Source: an uncultured Aliarcobacter sp.
Lineage (GTDB): Bacteria; Campylobacterota; Campylobacteria; Campylobacterales; Arcobacteraceae
Assembly (NCBI GenBank): GCA_963664305.2
Contig: CAXXLV010000002.1
Coordinates: forward strand, 608,001-672,000
DNA: 64,000 nucleotides
Direction: 5' to 3'
Shown here: piece after piece, positions 60,712 to 64,000 of the stretch
Layout: the number at the start of each line of letters is the position of its first letter
Position numbering within the stretch: the first letter of the stretch is position 1
Program-made: the position numbers and the translations under genes
Notes under the pieces: model-generated
Databases searched by the model: none
Seen by the model: the letters and a program-made list of their open reading frames with translations, nothing else
What the model was told of the DNA's origin: nothing

Positions 60712-60832
60712 GAAAGAATAGTAACAGTTCTAATATTAAAATAAGATAAAATTTCTCCTATATTTAAAAAATATTTAACTTTTTACTTATATTTTTCATA
60801 ATATAATAAAAAATACAAAAAAAAGGAATTTA

Positions 60833-61456
60833 ATGCGTCTTATAATGTTTGATATGGACGGAACATTGATTGATAGTGGATATGCAATTACAAATACTAT
60901 AAATTATGTACGAGAAAATTTAGGTTTTGAAAAGTTAGAAAAAAATCATATTTTAGAAAAAGTAAATGACCCAACTATAAACTCAGCAGAGTTTTTTTAT
61001 GGAACAAAAGAGTTTACACAAGAACAAACAAAACTTTTTGAAGAGTATTACAACCAACATTGTTTAAGTGATTTAGTTGTTTATGATGGAATTGCAAAAT
61101 TGATTGAAGATTTAAAAAGTGATTTTACACTTGCAGTTGCAACAAATGCAAACTCAACTTATGCATATAAGATGCTAAATCATGTAGGTTTAGCAAAATA
61201 TTTTTCAACTATTTTAGGATATGACAGTGTAAAAAATCCAAAACCACATCCTGAAATGGTTTATAAAATTTTGGATAAACACAATATTGAAAAACACAAT
61301 GCACAACTAATTGGTGATTCGCATAAAGATATTATGGCTGCTACAAATGCAGGTGTTGATTCAGTTTTAGTTAATTGGGGATTTTCAAATCATGAAAAAG
61401 ATGCAATTGAAACTGTTCAAGAGTTAGAAAATAAAATAAAAGCAAAATTTTACTAA
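60833..61456 (+). CDS. HAD hydrolase (phosphoglycolate phosphatase-like)
   Basis: FDMDGTL, KPHP and GDS motifs. Confidence 0.92.
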   Translation: MRLIMFDMDGTLIDSGYAITNTINYVRENLGFEKLEKNHILEKVNDPTINSAEFFYGTKEFTQEQTKLFEEYYNQHCLSDLVVYDGIAKLIEDLKSDFTLAVATNANSTYAYKMLNHVGLAKYFSTILGYDSVKNPKPHPEMVYKILDKHNIEKHNAQLIGDSHKDIMAATNAGVDSVLVNWGFSNHEKDAIETVQELENKIKAKFY

Positions 61457-61464
61457 GAGCTACT

Positions 61465-61626
61465 ATGTTTGAAAGTATAAAAAATCTCTTTAAAAAAGAA
61501 GAAGTTTTTCCTTGTATTGTTTTTGATGGTAAGATTATTAGATATCTTGACTTAACTCAAAAACAAATAGACAAACTTCAAGAAGAAAATAAAGATTGGA
61601 CTATCACAAAAAAAGAGGAGTGTTAA
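61465..61626 (+). CDS. Unannotated 53-aa small protein
   Basis: MFESIKNLFKKEEVFPCIVFDGKIIRYLDLTQKQIDKLQEENKDWTITKKEEC; fills the gap between the HAD gene and rsuA. Confidence 0.65.
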   Translation: MFESIKNLFKKEEVFPCIVFDGKIIRYLDLTQKQIDKLQEENKDWTITKKEEC

Positions 61627-62309
61627 AGTTCTATGAACTTATACTCACCCTCTTTTAAATCTTCTACATCAAATCCTGCAAAATTTAATCTATGAAGTTT
61701 AACTACCCTATTTCCAACTGCTGCGAACATTCTTTTTACTTGATGATATTTTCCTTCAACAATTTCAAGTCGTACTTGTGTTGGAGTAATAATTTCAAGC
61801 TTTGCAGGAAGTAAAGGTTTTTTTTCACCATTTAACATAAGCTCTCCACTTGCAAAGATTTGAGCTTCATCACCTTTTAAAGGTTCAGCTAAAGTTGCTT
61901 CATAAACTTTTATAACATCACTTTTAGGGCTTGTTAGTTTATGATTTAAGTCTCCATTATCAGTCAAAATAATTGCTCCTGTTGTATCAACATCAAGTCT
62001 TCCAACAGTTGAGATTTTTGGATTTCTTCTATTCCAACGTTGTGGAATTAAAGAATATATCAAACTTCCTGCGTCGTTATGAGAACAAATAAAACCACTA
62101 GGTTTATTTAATAATATTGTGATTGTTTCAGCATCTATTGGCTCACCATCAATTTTGATATCATCATGATAAGCTTTTAAAGATGGGTCAAAAACTCTTT
62201 TCTCTTTTACTAAAACTTCAAAAATTCTCAAAAATTTCTTTGCTTCACTTCGTGTACAATAACCCAAACTTGACAGATGTGCATCTATTCTTTTATAACT
62301 ATTTGCCAT
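61623..62309 (-). CDS. rsuA: RsuA-family pseudouridine synthase
   Basis: S4 domain; NKP.G, GRLD and EGKYHQVKRM motifs. Confidence 0.9.
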   Translation of the reverse strand: MANSYKRIDAHLSSLGYCTRSEAKKFLRIFEVLVKEKRVFDPSLKAYHDDIKIDGEPIDAETITILLNKPSGFICSHNDAGSLIYSLIPQRWNRRNPKISTVGRLDVDTTGAIILTDNGDLNHKLTSPKSDVIKVYEATLAEPLKGDEAQIFASGELMLNGEKKPLLPAKLEIITPTQVRLEIVEGKYHQVKRMFAAVGNRVVKLHRLNFAGFDVEDLKEGEYKFIEL

Positions 62310-62372
62310 AAATTCCTATCTTTTTCTTTTAAATTGGTCGGATATTAACATTTTTTTCAATAAAATACAAAT

Positions 62373-63041
62373 ATGAAATTACTTGATAAAAAATATAAAA
62401 TCTATTTATTAGATGAGGATAACTTTGATTTTCCAACTTTGGAGATGATGAAAGATGATTTAGTTGCAGTTGGTGGTGACTTTCATCCTCAAAGACTTAT
62501 AAATGCTTATGAAAATGGAATTTTCCCTTGGTATATTGATGATTATGGTTATATTCATTGGTTTTCTCCAAACAAAAGAATGGTTTTAAATCCAAATGAA
62601 ATGAAAGTATCAAAAAGCCTAAAAAAGTCAATCACAAACAAAGGTTTTGTTGTCAAATCAAATGAAAACTTTGAAAAAGTTATGCGTGAATGTGCCGAAA
62701 TTAAACGAAAACATGAAGATAGCACTTGGATAAGTGAAGAGTTCATACAAGCATATACAAACTTACATGAACTTGAAATTGCTTTTTCTATTGAAACATA
62801 TTTGGATGATGAGTTAGTTGGTGGACTTTATGGACTTGTTATTGGTGATGTTTTTTGTGGTGAAAGTATGTTTGCCAAAGTAACTGATGCTTCAAAAGTT
62901 GCCTTTTATCATCTATGCCAATGGGCAAAAGAGAATGAAATCAAAATCATAGATTGTCAAGTTTACAATGACCATTTAGCTAGTTTGGGAGCTAGTGAAA
63001 TAAGCAGAGTTGAGTATTTTAAAATATTGGGCGTAGATTAA
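62373..63041 (+). CDS. aat: Leucyl/phenylalanyl-tRNA-protein transferase
   Basis: AY..GIFPW, LVGGLYG, FCGESMF and IDCQ motifs. Confidence 0.96.
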   Translation: MKLLDKKYKIYLLDEDNFDFPTLEMMKDDLVAVGGDFHPQRLINAYENGIFPWYIDDYGYIHWFSPNKRMVLNPNEMKVSKSLKKSITNKGFVVKSNENFEKVMRECAEIKRKHEDSTWISEEFIQAYTNLHELEIAFSIETYLDDELVGGLYGLVIGDVFCGESMFAKVTDASKVAFYHLCQWAKENEIKIIDCQVYNDHLASLGASEISRVEYFKILGVD

Positions 63042-63979
63042 TTTACTCTATTTTTAGCCCAAATTTTTTGCTCATCTTTTGATAAAAAAGTCCAAGCTAC
63101 TATTCTACTTATTTTTTGACCTTGCGACATTTCTATTGTTTTTACTTCTACAGCTTTTACATCTTTTAAAGCTTTATAAATAAAAGAAAGATTCTCTTTT
63201 TTTGATACAAGAGTTGTAAACCAAAGACAGTTTTTTGAAAACTCTAAACTCTCTTTTATCATATTTTTAATAAATGCTATTTCTCCACCTTCGCACCAAA
63301 GTTCATTGTTTTTTCCACCAAAATTTAGAGCATTTTTTGTACTTTTTTGTTTTGTAAGATTTTGAACTTTTCTTTTATTTCCTGCTAATGCCTCTTCTAA
63401 TGATTTATGAAAAGGAGGATTGCATAAAGTGAAATCATATTTTTCATCTTTATTGATAATATTTACAAAAATATTAGAAGGATTTTCTTGCTGTAATACT
63501 TTGATATTTTCTTTTAAAATTTCATTTGAATTTATGATATTTAAAACAGATTCAATAGAATTTTTTTCTATATCACTTCCTAAAAACTGCCAACCATAAA
63601 CGCTAACACCAATAATAGGATAGATACAATTTGCTCCAACTCCAACATCTAAACCTTTTATAGCTTTTCCTTTAGGAATTTTTCCATTATTACTTAAAGC
63701 TAACAAATCAGCAATATGATGTATATAATCAGCTCGTCCAGGAATTGGAGGACATAAATATCCTTTTGGGATTTCCCAATTTTTAATCCCATAAAAATGC
63801 GATAATAAGGCTTTATTTAAAGCAATAACAGCATCAGGATTTGCAAAGTCTATTGATAAATCACCATATTTATTTGGTTTTACGAACTCTTTTAGACTAT
63901 CTTGAGATTTTATTAAAGTAGTAAAATCATATCTATCGTTATGAAAATTTCTGTGATGTAGTGTTTTTGTATTTGACAT
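63038..63979 (-). CDS. rlmF: 23S rRNA m6A1618 methyltransferase
   Basis: LCPPIPGRADYIH, GVGANCIYP, CNPPF and WFTTLVSK motifs. Confidence 0.96.
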   Translation of the reverse strand: MSNTKTLHHRNFHNDRYDFTTLIKSQDSLKEFVKPNKYGDLSIDFANPDAVIALNKALLSHFYGIKNWEIPKGYLCPPIPGRADYIHHIADLLALSNNGKIPKGKAIKGLDVGVGANCIYPIIGVSVYGWQFLGSDIEKNSIESVLNIINSNEILKENIKVLQQENPSNIFVNIINKDEKYDFTLCNPPFHKSLEEALAGNKRKVQNLTKQKSTKNALNFGGKNNELWCEGGEIAFIKNMIKESLEFSKNCLWFTTLVSKKENLSFIYKALKDVKAVEVKTIEMSQGQKISRIVAWTFLSKDEQKIWAKNRVN

Positions 63980-64000
63980 ATCTTATTTTATCCTATTGAT

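Noticed and set aside
60686..60743. Plus-strand AGGAGG suggesting a type I toxin mRNA antisense to the candidate sRNA
   Set aside because: The nearest ATG is too far from the SD and gives only MKE-stop; there is no convincing toxin ORF.
1868..62746. Many short antisense or alternate-frame ORFs in the track (e.g. 1868-2140, 3665-4150, 10337-10687, 23558-24028, 41813-42130, 58705-59013)
   Set aside because: They lie inside well-supported genes, have no recognisable motifs, and show the Ser/Phe/Ile bias typical of shadow ORFs.
1..64000. CRISPR arrays, tRNA/rRNA genes, IS elements or prophage
   Set aside because: I saw no repeat-spacer arrays, cloverleaf-like GC islands, transposase, integrase or phage genes. 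The main GC-richer intergenic island is explained by 6S RNA.

Overview
This is an AT-rich chromosomal window from an Arcobacteraceae (Campylobacterota) genome, judged from gene order and protein sequences. Most of it is housekeeping: cheY-cheA-cheR, pnp, lptD, purD with an upstream 6S RNA, der, hpf, ftsK, lpxD, ilvBN, ttcA, moeA, rmuC, a btu-like corrinoid uptake operon with cbiA/cobB, rsuA, aat and rlmF. The most striking element is a ~10.4 kb minus-strand module (14658-25030) between hpf and ftsK. It encodes an OmpR-type two-component system, acidic Ser/Thr-rich homologs of only the distal flagellar axial parts (FlgD, FlgE, FlgL, FlgK, FliD), an unknown 126-aa protein and a multi-EF-hand protein with no signal peptide. 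All four of its promoter regions share one exactly spaced architecture, WTAC-N7-TTAC-N10-TAnRAT, which suggests a dedicated, autoregulated regulon. Other notable signals are a candidate ~116-nt sRNA with an anti-SD loop (60596-60711), a 59-codon leader ORF overlapping cobalamin-riboswitch-like motifs upstream of btuB, four genes that appear to need ATA/ATC start codons, and a CheA with repeated FGFFDD-like motifs in place of an obvious P2 domain. I saw no CRISPR array, tRNA, rRNA or transposase.
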